From Oligoflexia bacterium (GTDB lineage: Bacteria > Bdellovibrionota > UBA1018), in contig JAYTHP010000186.1 of NCBI GenBank assembly GCA_043732485.1, positions 1 to 26,783 on the forward strand: DNA of 26,783 bases, in the 5' to 3' direction. Below, piece by piece: positions 24,933 to 26,783 of the stretch (its first letter is position 1; each line of letters opens with the position of its first letter). Made by a program: the position numbers and the translations under genes. Under the pieces are notes generated by a model. It was not told where the DNA came from, did no database searches, and saw only the letters and a program-made list of their open reading frames with translations.

Positions 24933-25523
24933 ATGCAGGATTTAAGGGCGCAAGCGGTGAGGGGGGGTGGTGTTTGGTTAGCGGGGGGTATGCGACCTCT
25001 GGATGGACGTCTCGTGAAGCTTTATAGGCAGGAATTCAAGCGAGTGGTGCAAGAAACCTTTGGTAATCTTGCGGATGAGCAAAAGCTTTGGATTTTGCGG
25101 ATCCTGGCACGAGCGATTGATTTAGCAGTCATTTTTTTGGTGGCAGTGGTCTTTAATTCTTGGCTGGGGCCGCTTTTAGCTTTTGCTTACAGTTTACTGG
25201 CCGATGCCTTGCATGTTGGGCCGTTTGCGCATCAAAGTGTCGGCAAGTTTGTGTGTGGGTTACAAGTCAAGCGCTTCAAGGATCCTGCCGTTTTGACGGA
25301 AGAGTTTTGGCCGATGTGGCAAGTGTCTTGTGTCAGGAATCTGCCGATGGGGGTGGCGACGTTCTTTGGGTTAATTCCGGTCTGGGGTTGGCTCATCCTG
25401 GCGATGACCGGTTTACCGCTCGCTCTGGTGGAGACCTTTAAGATCATGACGGATCCCAGGGGGGCGCGTCTGGGGGACTGGCTTGCCAATTCTCAGGTCA
25501 TTTTTAAAGGTTTTCCGCTGTAG
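24933..25523 (+). CDS. RDD-family membrane protein
   Basis: RILARAIDL, QSVGKFVCGLQV, RN and GARLGDWLANSQV; TM segments. Start is uncertain (24933 or 24990). Confidence 0.85.
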   Translation: MQDLRAQAVRGGGVWLAGGMRPLDGRLVKLYRQEFKRVVQETFGNLADEQKLWILRILARAIDLAVIFLVAVVFNSWLGPLLAFAYSLLADALHVGPFAHQSVGKFVCGLQVKRFKDPAVLTEEFWPMWQVSCVRNLPMGVATFFGLIPVWGWLILAMTGLPLALVETFKIMTDPRGARLGDWLANSQVIFKGFPL

Positions 25524-25550
25524 AGGAGTCCGCAACTCAGAGGGGAGATT

Positions 25551-26783
25551 GTGATTTTGGAGAAGAAGCCGATGGCGACGGTCCCGCTGGTGTTAGTCGA
25601 TTTAAGTTCTCTAATTTTCAGAGCTTTTTTTGCCATCCGCGCCTTGAAGAACTCACTCGGTGAGCCGACTAATGCCGTTTACGGCGTGGCCACGATGCTT
25701 GCTCGCCTGGCAGACGAAGTTAGGCTGGAGCATCTAGCCATTGTGTTTGATTCGCCTGAGCCGTCGTTTCGCAAGCAGCTCTATCCAGCGTATAAGTCGC
25801 ATCGTCAATCACCGCCTGAGGATCTGCTGCCCCAATTTACCAGGGTGGAGCAACTGATTCAAGCCCTAGGGATGCCGTTTTTTCGTCAGCCTGGCTTTGA
25901 AGCTGATGATTTGATTGCCACGCTGACGCGAACTTGGTGTGCCTTAAGTCCGTTGCACGAGGTGGTGATTGTTTCCAACGATAAGGACCTGATGCAGCTC
26001 GTGGGGGCACAAGTCAGTACCTGGGATACGATGGGAAACCTACGCTACCATGCGGCCGAAGTGCAGGGAAAATTCGGGGTCAGGCCTGATCAAATCCGAG
26101 ATTACTTAGGTTTGGTCGGTGATAGCTCCGACCACATCCCCGGGGTGCCAGGCATTGGGCCTAAGTCAGCAGTGGAGTTGCTGAGCCGTTTTCAAACCCT
26201 TGAGGGGGTTTTAAAGGCTGCTGCCGCAGGTGAGATCGGGGGTAAAAAAGAGCGACTTTTGGTCGAGCATCAAGACAGCGCGCGGTTATCGGCTCAGCTT
26301 GCGACCCTGATTGAAACGGTGCCGCTTGAGGTGGATTTAGACGCCTTAAGTTACCAGTTTCATCTCACAGAAGCGGGCATTAAGCTGTTTTACGAGCTTG
26401 ATTTTCATGCCTTGGTGGCCAAGTGGAAAGAAAAAAAATGGATTCGCTCTGCTTCCCGTCCGGGGGGGGGCGCAGAAGGTGTTGCAAATAAGGTCGCTGG
26501 CGATGTCGGTACTCCTCCTGCTCGGGCTCAAGATGCGTTGCTGTGTGATCCTCCGGGGGTTTGTTTTAGCTGTGTGACCACCCGGCTGCAGCTCCAGGCG
26601 GTGTGGAAGGCTTTAGAGCAAAACAAGGTGTTTGCCGTCGATTTAGAGACGACCTCTTTGAACCCGCTACAAGCTAAAATTGTGGGGATTGCCTTGTGTT
26701 GGGAGGCAACGAGTGCTGTTTATATTCCGATTGGCCATGAGCCGCGGGCCCGTGCTTTAGAACTGCGCGAAGGCGGCGAGGGC
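25551..26783 (+). CDS. polA: DNA polymerase I, 5' part (5'-3' exonuclease and start of the 3'-5' exonuclease); runs off the right edge
   Basis: AGGGGAG then GTG 25551. The open frame reads LVDLSSLIFRAFFA, PTNAVYG, FRKQLYPAYK, GFEADDLIA, NDKDLMQL, LVGDSSDHIPGVPGIGPK and FAVDLETTSL. Confidence 0.96.
   Translation, partial: MILEKKPMATVPLVLVDLSSLIFRAFFAIRALKNSLGEPTNAVYGVATMLARLADEVRLEHLAIVFDSPEPSFRKQLYPAYKSHRQSPPEDLLPQFTRVEQLIQALGMPFFRQPGFEADDLIATLTRTWCALSPLHEVVIVSNDKDLMQLVGAQVSTWDTMGNLRYHAAEVQGKFGVRPDQIRDYLGLVGDSSDHIPGVPGIGPKSAVELLSRFQTLEGVLKAAAAGEIGGKKERLLVEHQDSARLSAQLATLIETVPLEVDLDALSYQFHLTEAGIKLFYELDFHALVAKWKEKKWIRSASRPGGGAEGVANKVAGDVGTPPARAQDALLCDPPGVCFSCVTTRLQLQAVWKALEQNKVFAVDLETTSLNPLQAKIVGIALCWEATSAVYIPIGHEPRARALELREGGEG

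Noticed and set aside
40..26531. Numerous 60-130 aa ORFs overlapping the called genes
   Set aside because: These are antisense or alternate-frame shadows of well-supported CDSs, with no motifs.
428..26783. UDG plus polA as a base-excision-repair cluster
   Set aside because: The genes are 24 kb apart with unrelated genes between them, so co-location is coincidental.

Overview
Bacterial chromosomal segment of roughly 50% GC, with a visibly G/T-rich + strand. The gene mix is most reminiscent of Bdellovibrionota/Oligoflexia-type bacteria (inference only). It is mostly housekeeping: family-5 uracil-DNA glycosylase, HAD phosphatase, polyprenyl synthase, long acyl-CoA dehydrogenase, HU, LOG protein, B12-radical SAM, acnA, uppP, htpX, trhO, CheX-like protein, trxA, RDD protein and the 5' part of polA. 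Three genes are not shown as single ORFs in the track: a frameshifted fatty-acid hydroxylase at the left edge, a decayed AAA_14/DUF4143 ATPase (20059-21272) and polA running off the right edge. I found no tRNA, rRNA, CRISPR array or transposase. The unexplained signal is mainly non-coding. It includes a four-way-junction RNA candidate with two GNRA tetraloops ahead of a ribbon-helix-helix-like orphan, a structured leader with a uORF ahead of htpX, and a family of CTCAAG...CTTGAG hairpins and GAGCGT motifs in hairpin-dense spacers. Three genes have -10-N7-ATG (leaderless-type) starts. Other points of interest are an acnA-hypothetical-HMA2-like operon, an Ig-like repeat lipoprotein, and recurrent low-complexity insertions in conserved enzymes. 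All family calls come from motif recognition by eye, not database searches.
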